Of a stretch of 64,000 bases of DNA, positions 40,583 through 50,088 are shown in pieces. The position numbers were made by a program, and so were the translations under genes. The notes beneath the pieces were generated by a model. It was given only the letters and a program-made list of their open reading frames with translations. It searched no databases and was not told where the DNA came from. This stretch comes from Candidatus Omnitrophota bacterium (GTDB taxonomy: Bacteria; Omnitrophota; Gorgyraeia; Zapsychrales; Zapsychraceae): NCBI GenBank assembly GCA_020429915.1, contig JAGQKV010000001.1, positions 28,971-92,970 of the forward strand. The letters run 5' to 3'. How positions within the stretch are numbered: the stretch's first letter is position 1; every line of letters begins with the position of its first letter.

Positions 40583-41713
40583 ATGTACAAACTCATCAAA
40601 AAAGATAAACACACCAAGGCCCGATTGGGTGTCCTCTCGACGGCGCACGGCGACATCGAGACTCCGTTCTTCATGCCGGTCGGGACCAACGGGACGGTTA
40701 AATCGCTGACCTGCGATAATCTCAACGCGATCGGCGCGCAGCTGATGCTGTCCAATACCTATCATCTGTACCTGCGGCCGGGAATGGACATCATCCGGCA
40801 GGCGGGCGGTCTGCATGCTTTTGCCGGCTGGAATAGGCCGATCCTGACCGACAGCGGCGGGTATCAGGTCTTCAGTCTTTCCAAGCTGCGAACGATCAGT
40901 GATGACGGTGTCGAGTTCCGCTCCCACCTCGACGGGTCCGCGCACTATTTCGATCCGGAGAAGGTGATGGAGATTGAGGCGGTACTCGGATCCGACATCG
41001 TCATGCCGCTTGACGAATGCGCCCCGTATCCGTGTGATCGCAAACAGGCGGAAGAGTCGGTCCGGCGCACCACCGCTTGGGCGCAACGTTCGAAGGATTA
41101 TTTTTACGAGCACGGTATGAACGAACGGCAAAAGTTATTCGGTATCATTCAGGGTTCCGTGTACGAAGACCTGCGGGAGCAGTCGGCCCGCGAGATCCTC
41201 GATATCGGCTTTGACGGTTATGCCATCGGCGGGGTCAGCGTCGGGGAGACGGTTAAGGAGATGTTCGATACCCTGCGCTGGGTCGAACCGCTGTTGCCGT
41301 CGGATCAGGCCCGCTACTTCATGGGCATCGGCTATCCGGATCAGATCGTCAAGGCGGTAGGTGAGGGGGTCGATATGTTCGACACGGTCCTGCCGACACG
41401 CTTCGGCCGGCACGCGACGGCCTTCACACGCCGGGGACGCGTGGTCCTGCGAAACAGCGAATTTTCCGACCGCTTCGAACCGCTCGACCCGGACCGCGAT
41501 ATTCCGTATTGCCAAAATTACAGCCTGGCGTACCTGCGGCACCTGGCCAATCAGAATGAAATCACCGCGCTGCACATCTTATCTTATTGCAACGTGCATT
41601 TCTACGTGAATCTGATGCGACAGATGCGCGAGGCGATCAAGGAAGACCGTTTCGCTGAGTTTCAGCATGATTTTCTGACCGAGTTTAATTCGGAGCTGGC
41701 CGATGCGCTTTGA
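40583..41713 (+). CDS. tgt: Queuine tRNA-ribosyltransferase
   Basis: ARLGVLSTAHGDIETPFFMPVGT...ILTDSGGYQVFSL...; Zn-binding C-x-C-x2-C...H near the C-terminus (CQNYSLAYLRHL). Confidence 0.95.
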   Translation: MYKLIKKDKHTKARLGVLSTAHGDIETPFFMPVGTNGTVKSLTCDNLNAIGAQLMLSNTYHLYLRPGMDIIRQAGGLHAFAGWNRPILTDSGGYQVFSLSKLRTISDDGVEFRSHLDGSAHYFDPEKVMEIEAVLGSDIVMPLDECAPYPCDRKQAEESVRRTTAWAQRSKDYFYEHGMNERQKLFGIIQGSVYEDLREQSAREILDIGFDGYAIGGVSVGETVKEMFDTLRWVEPLLPSDQARYFMGIGYPDQIVKAVGEGVDMFDTVLPTRFGRHATAFTRRGRVVLRNSEFSDRFEPLDPDRDIPYCQNYSLAYLRHLANQNEITALHILSYCNVHFYVNLMRQMREAIKEDRFAEFQHDFLTEFNSELADAL

Positions 41714-42383
41714 TATCATTACCATATTTCCCGATGTGGTGCGCGCCGCCGCCGAAGAGTCGATCCTCAAACGAGCCCAGGCCAAGAAGAAGGTCGTCAT
41801 CAATGTCCATGATCTGCGGGACTATACCGATGACAAGCATCTGAAGGTGGACGACCGGCCGTTCGGCGGTGGGCCCGGGATGGTCATGGGCTGCCAGCCA
41901 ATCTTCGATGCCGTGAAAAAGATTAAAGGCCGCCGCAAGGCCCATGTGATCCTGACCTGCCCGCGGGGCAAGACCCTCACCCAAAAGCGGGTAAAAAAGT
42001 TGACAAGTCATCGAAATATCATTATTATATGCGGTCATTACGAAGGAGTGGACGAGCGGGTCAATCAGTTCCTGGTGGATGAATGTCTGTCCATTGGGGA
42101 CTACGTGCTGACCGGCGGCGAACTGCCCGCCATGGTCGTTATGGATGCTGTAACCCGTTTGATACCAGGCGTTTTAGGGAGAGAAGAGTCGTTGGTGGAC
42201 GAATCGTTTGAGCACGGCCGCCTGGACTATCCCCACTACACGCGGCCGGCAGATTTTCGTGGCAAAAAAGTACCGGATGTGTTACTATCTGGTAATCATG
42301 CGGATATAAACGCTTGGCGCGAGAAGCAGGCGCTGGCCATCACTCGCAAGAATCGTCCTGATTTACTGAAGGATTCCAAATAG
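41703..42383 (+). CDS. trmD: tRNA (guanine37-N1)-methyltransferase
   Basis: MRFDIITIFPDVV...DDRPFGGGPGMVM...GHYEGVDERV...LTGGELPAMVVMDAV; TrmD SPOUT motifs. Confidence 0.95.
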   Translation: MRFDIITIFPDVVRAAAEESILKRAQAKKKVVINVHDLRDYTDDKHLKVDDRPFGGGPGMVMGCQPIFDAVKKIKGRRKAHVILTCPRGKTLTQKRVKKLTSHRNIIIICGHYEGVDERVNQFLVDECLSIGDYVLTGGELPAMVVMDAVTRLIPGVLGREESLVDESFEHGRLDYPHYTRPADFRGKKVPDVLLSGNHADINAWREKQALAITRKNRPDLLKDSK

Positions 42384-42404
42384 TTTAGGGTATGGAGGTT
42401 AAAA

Positions 42405-42764
42405 ATGGCCACTAATATCGGTGCAACCATCGCTAAGGTCGAGGAAAAGTACAGAAAGAAGATGCCGGAATTTGACGTCGGTGATACCGTCAAGATGCAG
42501 ATTAAGGTTCAGGAAGCGGACAAGATTCGTATGCACCCGTTTGAAGGAACGATTATCCGTAAGACCGGGCGCGGCCTGAAGGCCACGTTCACGGTCCGCA
42601 AGATATCTTTCGGTGAGGGAGTGGAGAGAAGTTTTCCGATGCATTCGCCGGTTATCGACAGCATGTTGGTCACCAGCAAGGGTATTGTTAAACGCGCCAA
42701 GCTGTACTATCTTCGCGACCGGGTCGGCAAGAAGGCCCGCGTGAAACGCAAGCAAACGCAATAA
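42405..42764 (+). CDS. rplS: 50S ribosomal protein L19
   Basis: FDVGDTVKMQIKVQEADKIRMHPFEGTIIRKTGRGLKATFTVRKISFGEGVERSFPMHSPVIDSM; canonical L19, downstream of trmD. Confidence 0.95.
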   Translation: MATNIGATIAKVEEKYRKKMPEFDVGDTVKMQIKVQEADKIRMHPFEGTIIRKTGRGLKATFTVRKISFGEGVERSFPMHSPVIDSMLVTSKGIVKRAKLYYLRDRVGKKARVKRKQTQ

Positions 42765-42819
42765 CCACAACACATTCACCATCCCCCGTTTAGACCATTC
42801 CCCTCGCGACGGGATATTC

Positions 42820-43416
42820 ATGATCAATTTCGAGTTATCCATCAAGGATGAGGGGTTCGACCATATCGTCGGCATTGATGAAGCCGGACGCGGCCCGCTC
42901 GCCGGGCCCGTTGTGGCCAGTGCCGTTCTCGTCAAGGACTATCACTTTACCGCCAAGATTGCCGATTCCAAGAAGATCAGCGCACGTCAGCGCGAGGCCG
43001 CCTTTCATGAGATTCTGGATAAGGCCTGCGTCGGGGTGGGCATCATCAGCGAAGCGGTGATCGACCGGATCAACATTCTCGAGGCGACCTATTTGGCGAT
43101 GAACAATGCGGCCGCCCGGGTTTTGGAAGAATCCGGCCCCCAGCGGACTTGTCTGTTGGTCGACGGCAACCGTTTTAAAACCGATCTGCCGACGCCGTTC
43201 AAGACAGTCACGGCCGGAGACAGCAAGTCCTTCAGCATCGCTTGCGCCTCAATCGTGGCCAAGGTCATCCGGGACCGGATCCTGACGGCCTATGACCAGG
43301 TGTACCCGCAGTACGGGTTCAAACAGCACAAGGGATATGGGACCGTTTTGCACCGGCAGGCCATCCGGACGTACGGTCCGTCGCTGATTCACCGCCGGAG
43401 CTTCATTCATTTATGA
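42820..43416 (+). CDS. rnhB: Ribonuclease HII
   Basis: IVGIDEAGRGPLAGPVVASAV...DSKKIS...LVDGN...GDSKSFSIACASIVAKV; RNase HII catalytic motifs. Confidence 0.95.
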   Translation: MINFELSIKDEGFDHIVGIDEAGRGPLAGPVVASAVLVKDYHFTAKIADSKKISARQREAAFHEILDKACVGVGIISEAVIDRINILEATYLAMNNAAARVLEESGPQRTCLLVDGNRFKTDLPTPFKTVTAGDSKSFSIACASIVAKVIRDRILTAYDQVYPQYGFKQHKGYGTVLHRQAIRTYGPSLIHRRSFIHL

Positions 43417-43790
43417 GTTCCCGGTCGCCGGTCCCCGGCAGCGGCGGCGTGGCGGAACAGCTGGCTGCGGAACGTCTTTGTCAATCCGGTTATGTGGTGC
43501 GCGAGAAAAACTACCGCTGCCCGTTGGGCGAAATCGATATCGTCGCTGAGGACGGTGACGTGCTGTGCTTCATCGAGGTCAAGTTTCGGGCCGGAGAGCA
43601 GCAGGGGCATCCGCTGGAAGCCATCACACCGGCCAAGCGGCGGACTATCAGCCTGGTCGCGCTGCATTACCTCCAGGCGTATGCTGTCGCTGACGACGTG
43701 ACCGTAAGATTTGATGCGGTGGCGGTCACTCTGGGGGAAGACAGCTGCGAGGTTCAAATTGTCCCGGGAGCATTTGAAAGTTCGATCTAA
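43413..43790 (+). CDS. yraN: YraN-family (UPF0102) predicted endonuclease
   Basis: GEIDIVAEDGDVLCFIEVKFR...; restriction-endonuclease-like fold signature of UPF0102, in the conserved rnhB-yraN pairing. Confidence 0.75.
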   Translation: MSSRSPVPGSGGVAEQLAAERLCQSGYVVREKNYRCPLGEIDIVAEDGDVLCFIEVKFRAGEQQGHPLEAITPAKRRTISLVALHYLQAYAVADDVTVRFDAVAVTLGEDSCEVQIVPGAFESSI

Positions 43791-43904
43791 AAAGCTGATG
43801 AAATGATTGCAATGCCCCGTCGATTTCGCTAATATTAAATTTGTTGCAACACAATATCATTTCAATAATTTCCATATCCCGGCTTCGATTTATTCCAATA
43901 TCCC

Positions 43905-44390
43905 ATGGCCAAGCGCTTAAAAAACCACACGCTTGATCAGTACCTGACCGTGTTGGCAAAGAAGGAACCCACCCCCGGCGGAGGTTCGGCGGCCGCCATG
44001 ACTGCGGCCATGGGGGCGGCTCTGTTGGCGATGGTGACCCGGTATTCCATCGGAAAAGGTCACTCCAAAACCGTGGACAATAAGTTGCGGCGGCACCTGA
44101 CCAAGGCCGAGGAACTACGCAAGAAGCTGACGGAACTGGTCGATCGCGATGCCGAGGCCTACCAGCAGGTGGTGAAGGCCCGCGGCCAAACTGCGGCGCG
44201 CCGCCGCGCGGCGGAACGGGCAGCGGCCAAGGTCCCCGGGGAGGTCGGCCGCTTGTGTTATCAGGCCGTACAGTTGGCGCCGTATCTGGTGGAAAAGGGC
44301 AACAAGTATTTGTTGTCCGACGTCGAGATCGCGGTGGAAATGCTCAAGTCGGCATACAACTCCGCCTTGGTTCTGCAACATCATCACTAA
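43905..44390 (+). CDS. Cyclodeaminase/cyclohydrolase-family protein (FTCD C-terminal-like; candidate methenyl-THF cyclohydrolase FchA)
   Basis: 161 aa with PTPGGGSAAAMTAAMGAALLAMV, the hallmark of the formiminotransferase-cyclodeaminase C-domain/FchA family. Sits directly upstream of folD. Confidence 0.65.
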   Translation: MAKRLKNHTLDQYLTVLAKKEPTPGGGSAAAMTAAMGAALLAMVTRYSIGKGHSKTVDNKLRRHLTKAEELRKKLTELVDRDAEAYQQVVKARGQTAARRRAAERAAAKVPGEVGRLCYQAVQLAPYLVEKGNKYLLSDVEIAVEMLKSAYNSALVLQHHH

Positions 44391-44399
44391 AAAACAATT

Positions 44400-45281
44400 A
44401 TGCTCGCTATGGCTCAATTACTTGACGGCAGGGCGTTGGCCAAGGACATCAAAGCAGGATTGTCCGCGCAGGTCGCGCGTTTGCACAAAGAATTCGCACA
44501 AGTCCCGCGCATGGTCAACATTATGATCGGCAACGACGACGGGTCCTGCGCCTACGCCAATTCCCAGAAGAAAGTTGCCCAAGCGATCGGCATCGAGTAC
44601 GAACTCGTCAATTTACCGTTGGACATCACTCAGGAACATCTCAGTGCGGAGATCAGCCGTTTCAATGCGGACCCGCAGGTCAACGGGATCATGCTGCATA
44701 AACCGGTTCCGGAGCATATCGATTACAACAGCATCGCCAATCTTGTTCAGATCGAAAAGGATCTGGAAGGTATTAACGTGGCCAACATCGGCAAGATGCT
44801 CTTGGGCGAGACCACGATCATCCCATGCACGCCCCAGGCGGTCATGGAGCATATCAAGTCGACGGGTGTCGACATCCGGGGGAAAGAGGCGGTGATTGTC
44901 GGGGCCTCGGGGATTGTGGGGAAGCCTTTGAGTATTCTGTTGGTGGAGCAGTACGTCACCGTCACGGTGTGCCACATCGCCACCAGTGAGGCCGGCCGAT
45001 TGGAAGAACATGTCCGGCGTGCCGATATCCTGGTCGTGGCGGTGGGACGCGCGCGTCTGATCCCGGGCCTGTGGATCAAGGAAGGCGCTATTGTGATCGA
45101 CGTCGGCATTAATCGTGTGGAGTCCGGAATTGTCGGCGACGTCGACTTTGACGCGGCGAAGGAACGTGCCGCGTATATCACGCCCGTCCCGGGAGGCGTC
45201 GGGCCGGTGACGGTCTGCATGCTGATGAAGAACGCGGTCGAGGCCTTCAAGCTGCAAAACATCAAGCGGAGAGACGCATGA
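44400..45281 (+). CDS. folD: Bifunctional methylenetetrahydrofolate dehydrogenase / methenyltetrahydrofolate cyclohydrolase
   Basis: AQLLDGRALAKDIK...IMLHKPVPEHID...DLEGINVANIGKM...VIVGASGIVGKPL...PVPGGVGPVTV; FolD motifs. Confidence 0.95.
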   Translation: MLAMAQLLDGRALAKDIKAGLSAQVARLHKEFAQVPRMVNIMIGNDDGSCAYANSQKKVAQAIGIEYELVNLPLDITQEHLSAEISRFNADPQVNGIMLHKPVPEHIDYNSIANLVQIEKDLEGINVANIGKMLLGETTIIPCTPQAVMEHIKSTGVDIRGKEAVIVGASGIVGKPLSILLVEQYVTVTVCHIATSEAGRLEEHVRRADILVVAVGRARLIPGLWIKEGAIVIDVGINRVESGIVGDVDFDAAKERAAYITPVPGGVGPVTVCMLMKNAVEAFKLQNIKRRDA

Positions 45282-46570
45282 ATAAACTCGTGTTGTTAGG
45301 CGGATCCGTGGCCGCTCTGCGGGCCGTGGAGATCCTGCGGGACCGTAACCGGTTACCGGACCAGGTTATCATGTTGTTGTCCGACTGCAATACGATTGCC
45401 GCGCGCGACCGCTATCCCGACGGAATTATCAGTCAGAAGAAACCGCGGCAGCTATGCTACCGGCCGGAGGATCAGATTATCGCCGGCGGCATCGATATCG
45501 TCAGCGATAAGGTGGCCACGCGTGTCAACGTAACACGTCAGAAGATTCACTTCGACGACCGTTCTCAAATGGATTACGACATGCTCATCATCGCCGACAC
45601 GCCCGGTCACAAGATGGACGCCGTCAAAGGGCACAACAAGGAAGGGGTCTTCGGCTTTATCGAACCCGGCCATATGAACCGGATCGGGACCTTGGCCGCT
45701 CTGAATGAAAGCATCACTATTCAAAGTGACCACTGGTGGGGGATGGATCTGGCCCTGCGGTTGGGCGGCAAGGGCAAAGACGTGATCCTTTCGATTTCGG
45801 ATCGTCATCCTTTGGTGCGGACGACCGATCAGGAATACCGGGACGGATTAACGGCGGTCATGAGCAAACGGAATGTCAGCCTGCTGATTGACAACCCGAT
45901 TGAGGAGATTCTCGGCGACAGCGATGTTAAGGCGGTCAAGATGCGCAGCGGCAAAGTGTATGCCTCCCAGGTAGTCGTCCTGGACGAAGCCCGGCTTGAT
46001 TTGCGTATATTTAGTGAAGGGCTCGAAACGGAAGCGGAACGGATCACCGTGGACGAGTGCTACCGGACCAACATTCCCCATGTCTATGCGGTCGATTACG
46101 CGGCCCATCGCAGCGGACGGCTGTGGCAGAACTATGGGCCGCAAACGTCATTCCTTGAGTACCAGGGGCAGGTCGTGGCCGACGTGATATCAGAGTACGC
46201 GGAATTTCCGTCTCCACCGATTCCGCAGGCCGCCTATGGTCCCCAGGAGTACCGGATTGTATCGGCCGGGCAGTTGACCGAGGGAAGGTCGGTGTCAAGC
46301 CGATGCCGGATGGATCCGCGCGGCGGACGGTTAGTCAGGATTTTTGTCCGGGACGAGATCGTGGTCGGCGCGTTGGCGGCCGGTACGGATATCCCGGCCG
46401 AAAGACTTTTTGCCTGTGTTGAGGGCGGTTATCCCGCGGATATGGCCTGGGACGAGTTTTCGGCGGCGATCCCGGCGGGGCAGCCCGAAGAGGCGACGTC
46501 AGATGAGCCGGCGGCTGAGGTCCCGGCAACCCATGACACGCCGTCGGTAACGGCTCAGGAGAAAGGGTAA
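45278..46570 (+). CDS. FAD/NAD(P)-binding oxidoreductase-like protein (pyridine nucleotide-disulfide oxidoreductase fold) with degenerate dinucleotide-binding motifs
   Basis: 430 aa. N-terminus KLVLLGGSVAALRAVEIL sits where GxGxxG is expected; second Rossmann-like LALRLGGKGKDVIL; C-terminal region typical of NADH-oxidase/CoA-disulfide-reductase-like dimerisation domains. The glycine motifs are not intact, so this is possibly a non-catalytic paralog. Confidence 0.5.
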   Translation: MNKLVLLGGSVAALRAVEILRDRNRLPDQVIMLLSDCNTIAARDRYPDGIISQKKPRQLCYRPEDQIIAGGIDIVSDKVATRVNVTRQKIHFDDRSQMDYDMLIIADTPGHKMDAVKGHNKEGVFGFIEPGHMNRIGTLAALNESITIQSDHWWGMDLALRLGGKGKDVILSISDRHPLVRTTDQEYRDGLTAVMSKRNVSLLIDNPIEEILGDSDVKAVKMRSGKVYASQVVVLDEARLDLRIFSEGLETEAERITVDECYRTNIPHVYAVDYAAHRSGRLWQNYGPQTSFLEYQGQVVADVISEYAEFPSPPIPQAAYGPQEYRIVSAGQLTEGRSVSSRCRMDPRGGRLVRIFVRDEIVVGALAAGTDIPAERLFACVEGGYPADMAWDEFSAAIPAGQPEEATSDEPAAEVPATHDTPSVTAQEKG

Positions 46571-46600
46571 ATAGACTTGTCAAAGCAGGAATAATGTATT

Positions 46601-47446
46601 ATGCTTGTCAGGAAGAATACAAAGCCACCGAATTTGCATGCCGTTTTTATTCTTCTGTCATTCATATCTTTTGTTACCTTTCATACAGATGTCCTAGCTG
46701 CTCCCAAACAAACCCTATACGAAAAATACCGTGATCTTGGTTATCAAGAGCAGCAGCAGGGCAATTTTAATGCGGCCTTGGCCTACTTTTCCAAAGCCGT
46801 TTCCCTGGGTATCGAGGACCCCGTCGTCTTTAATGACATGGGCGTCATTTACGAGCAACTGGGATATTTGGGCAAGGCCGAGAAATATTATGGTAAGGCC
46901 CTGACCATTGATCCCGAGTATTTACCGGCCTACAGTAATATCGCTTATTTATATCTGAACAACGGCTTCCCGGACAAAGCCTTCCCGTATTTCAAAAAGC
47001 GTCACGAGTTATCATCGTTGGGAGACGTGTGGGGAGAGCGGGCCAAAGAAGAGATGCTCAAGATCAAGCCCGAGTATCATGCCTGGATTGTTCATCAAGA
47101 AGCCGAAAAACTGGACCGCGAGCTTCAGCAGAAATACCATGAGGATTTCGTGGATAAGGTCAACCGCTCGTATGAACATTACCAAAAGGGAAGAACGTAT
47201 CTGAAGAATGAGGAGTTAGAGGAGGCCTTGAATCAATTCAATCTGGCGTTGCGGTTGACACCGAATAATCCCAAGTTCGTGGATGCCCGCGAAGAAGTCA
47301 AGCGGGAGATATCGCGGCGCCAAATGAAGTCGCAAATGGAAAGCGCCCTGCGCCAGTTTGAGGCCGGGCATTCCTATTCGGCCAAACGCGAGCTTCAAAA
47401 ACTACTCACCAATTTTCCTGACGAACCGCTTTTGAATTCAAAATAA
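46601..47446 (+). CDS. Secreted TPR-repeat protein
   Basis: Signal peptide (HAVFILLSFISFVTFHTDVLAA). Several 34-residue TPR-like units (AALAYFSKAVSLGIEDPVVFNDMGVIYEQLGYLGKAEKYYGKALTIDPEY...). Confidence 0.7.
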   Translation: MLVRKNTKPPNLHAVFILLSFISFVTFHTDVLAAPKQTLYEKYRDLGYQEQQQGNFNAALAYFSKAVSLGIEDPVVFNDMGVIYEQLGYLGKAEKYYGKALTIDPEYLPAYSNIAYLYLNNGFPDKAFPYFKKRHELSSLGDVWGERAKEEMLKIKPEYHAWIVHQEAEKLDRELQQKYHEDFVDKVNRSYEHYQKGRTYLKNEELEEALNQFNLALRLTPNNPKFVDAREEVKREISRRQMKSQMESALRQFEAGHSYSAKRELQKLLTNFPDEPLLNSK

Positions 47447-47520
47447 ACATCGATCATGCGACCCACATGATTCATATACCGCCTTTGATCCGGCTGACCA
47501 ACTACGCACAATGCTGATTT

Positions 47521-50088
47521 ATGAATAGGTTGTTTCTCATCGATGGGCACGCCCTGTGTTACCGCTCTTTTTTTGCGATTCGCGAATTGGTGGCCAGCAA
47601 CGGCCAGGCCACCAATGCGGTCTACGGTTTCGTCAACACCCTGCGCAAAATCCTGCGGGAATTCGAGCCGCAGTTTTTAGCCGTCTGTTTCGATTCCAAG
47701 GAGCAGACCCTGCGGGAAAAAAAGTATTCCGAATACAAGATCCAGCGGCCGCAGATGCCCGAACAGCTCATCAGCCAGATCAGCATCATTAAGGATGTGA
47801 TCCGGGCCTACAACGTATCCATTTTCGAAGTGCCCGGCTATGAAGCTGATGATATTATCGCGACGCTGGCCCGGGAGGCCCATGAGAATAAACTGGATGT
47901 GACCATAGTGACTGAAGACAAGGATATGTTTCAACTCAGCGACGCGCGCACGGAGTTCTTCAGCGCCCGTAAAGACAAGATTCTCAAAGAACGTGACGTC
48001 AACGATAAGCTCGGCTTTGCTCCGGTCCGCATCACGGATTTCATCGCATTGGCCGGCGACAAATCAGACAATATCCCCGGGGTACAGGGGATCGGCCAAG
48101 TCACGGCGACCAAACTGATCAAAAGCTATGGAAAACTGGAAGACATTTACGACCACATTGACGAAGTCCGCCCGGATAAGGTGCGGCAAAAGCTTGAGGC
48201 GCAACGGGACATGGCCTTCCTGAGCAAAGAACTGGCTGTGTTGGAAAAGAATGTCCCGCTGGCATTCGATCTCGACGACCTCAAGGTCGGCGATGCCGAC
48301 CGGGGAACCCTGCACGAAATCTTCAAGCGGATGGAATTCCGGCGGCTCGCCGAGGAATACGGCGACACGCGGGCTGCCGACATCGAGGTCGAGGTCCGTA
48401 CGCTGAAAAGCGATAAGGATGTCCAGGAACTGGTTGCCGCTGTGCGCCGGTCCGGACATTTTTCCTATCTCAATGACGAACCGGACGACACGATGTTCGG
48501 GCAGCTGACCGTGGGAGTCGGCGAGGATACCGTCTATATCGTCGGTCACGACCGACTCGGACAACTGCGGGAATTGTGGGAAGACCCCGCCGTCACAAAA
48601 ATTACGCATAACAGCAAGGAGATGTTCAAGTTCCTGGCGCGCCAGGGAATTGAATCCGCCGGGGAAACCTTTGATACTTTATTGGCCGGCTATCTGTTGG
48701 CTTTGAATAATGCTCCGGCTTCGCCGCGCGAGTTGGCATGGACGTACTTTCATATCTCCTTACGCGGCGATCAGCTCGAATACAAGGAAGCGGCATTATT
48801 GTGCCGGCTATTTCCGGCGTTGCGGGAGCGACTCGAAGCCGAAGGCCTGCTTTCGCTATACCGCGACATCGAAGTACCCCTGTCGCGTGTCCTGTTCCTT
48901 ATGGAGACTACGGGTGTCCGCCTCGATGATCAACTGCTGCGGAAGCTGTCCGCGGATTGCCAAAAGAAGATCGAGACGTTGACCGCGCGCCTGTTCGAGA
49001 TGGCCGGTGAGGAATTCAATGTGAATTCGCCCAAACAGCTTGGCGTGATTCTCTTTGAGAAGCTGGAACTGCCGGTGATCAAACGCACCAAGACCGGCTA
49101 CTCCACGGATGAAGGAGTGCTGGTCAAACTCAGCGAGATGCATGAATTCCCGTCACTGATCCTCGAGTACCGGCAACTGTCCAAATTGAAATCCACCTAT
49201 TTGGATGCGCTGCCCAAGCTGGTGGATCCGGTCACCCGCCGTATTCACGCCGAATTCAATCAGATCGGCGCCGAGACCGGCCGGTTGAGTTCGCGGCATC
49301 CCAACTTGCAGAATATTCCGATCCGGACCGAGCTGGGCCGGCAGGTTCGCCGGGCGATTGTCCCATCCGAAGGGATGACGCTTTTGGCGGCCGATTATTC
49401 GCAGATCGAGCTGCGCATTCTGGCGCACCTGTCAGGAGACGATACCCTGCTGAAGGCCTTTCAGGAAGATCAGGACATCCACCGTTACACCGCGTCATTG
49501 ATCTTTGATGTCGCCCCGGAAGAGGTGGATTATCCGAAACGTGACACCGCCAAGCGGGTCAACTTCGGAATCGTCTACGGCATGAGCGGATTCGGTCTGT
49601 CCAAGGACCTCGGGATTTCCCAGCCCGAGGCGCAGGAATTTATCGACCGGTACTTCGAGCGTTATCCGAAGGTCAAAGATTTTATGGATGAGCAGAAGAA
49701 GATATGCAAGGAACGCGGATATGTGGAGACCATACTTCACCGGCGGCGCTACATCCCGGAGATCGGCAGTAAGAATCCGGCGGTGCGGCAATTTGCCGAA
49801 CGCCAGGCGATCAATACGCCGGTGCAGGGCTCGGCCGCAGATCTGATGAAGTTGGCCATGATTAAGGTGCAGGAGCAGATCGAAGCGCGTGCCTGGTCGT
49901 CCCGCATGCTGATCACCGTACATGACGAACTGGTATTCGACGTGGACCCGGCGGAACAGGATGAGCTTATCGCCATGGTGCGTGAGACGATGGAACACAC
50001 CATCGAACTGGCGGTCCCGGTCAAAATCGATATGAAGAGCGGACCCAATTGGCTCGATATGGATCCGGTCAGCGAGGTGCGCGCATGA
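47521..50088 (+). CDS. polA: DNA polymerase I
   Basis: 855 aa. N-terminal 5'-3' exonuclease (LFLIDGHALCYRSFFA); C-terminal family A polymerase motifs (DYSQIELRILAHLS; RRRAKAINFGIVYG-type RDTAKRVNFGIVYGMS; VHDELVFD). Confidence 0.95.
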   Translation: MNRLFLIDGHALCYRSFFAIRELVASNGQATNAVYGFVNTLRKILREFEPQFLAVCFDSKEQTLREKKYSEYKIQRPQMPEQLISQISIIKDVIRAYNVSIFEVPGYEADDIIATLAREAHENKLDVTIVTEDKDMFQLSDARTEFFSARKDKILKERDVNDKLGFAPVRITDFIALAGDKSDNIPGVQGIGQVTATKLIKSYGKLEDIYDHIDEVRPDKVRQKLEAQRDMAFLSKELAVLEKNVPLAFDLDDLKVGDADRGTLHEIFKRMEFRRLAEEYGDTRAADIEVEVRTLKSDKDVQELVAAVRRSGHFSYLNDEPDDTMFGQLTVGVGEDTVYIVGHDRLGQLRELWEDPAVTKITHNSKEMFKFLARQGIESAGETFDTLLAGYLLALNNAPASPRELAWTYFHISLRGDQLEYKEAALLCRLFPALRERLEAEGLLSLYRDIEVPLSRVLFLMETTGVRLDDQLLRKLSADCQKKIETLTARLFEMAGEEFNVNSPKQLGVILFEKLELPVIKRTKTGYSTDEGVLVKLSEMHEFPSLILEYRQLSKLKSTYLDALPKLVDPVTRRIHAEFNQIGAETGRLSSRHPNLQNIPIRTELGRQVRRAIVPSEGMTLLAADYSQIELRILAHLSGDDTLLKAFQEDQDIHRYTASLIFDVAPEEVDYPKRDTAKRVNFGIVYGMSGFGLSKDLGISQPEAQEFIDRYFERYPKVKDFMDEQKKICKERGYVETILHRRRYIPEIGSKNPAVRQFAERQAINTPVQGSAADLMKLAMIKVQEQIEARAWSSRMLITVHDELVFDVDPAEQDELIAMVRETMEHTIELAVPVKIDMKSGPNWLDMDPVSEVRA

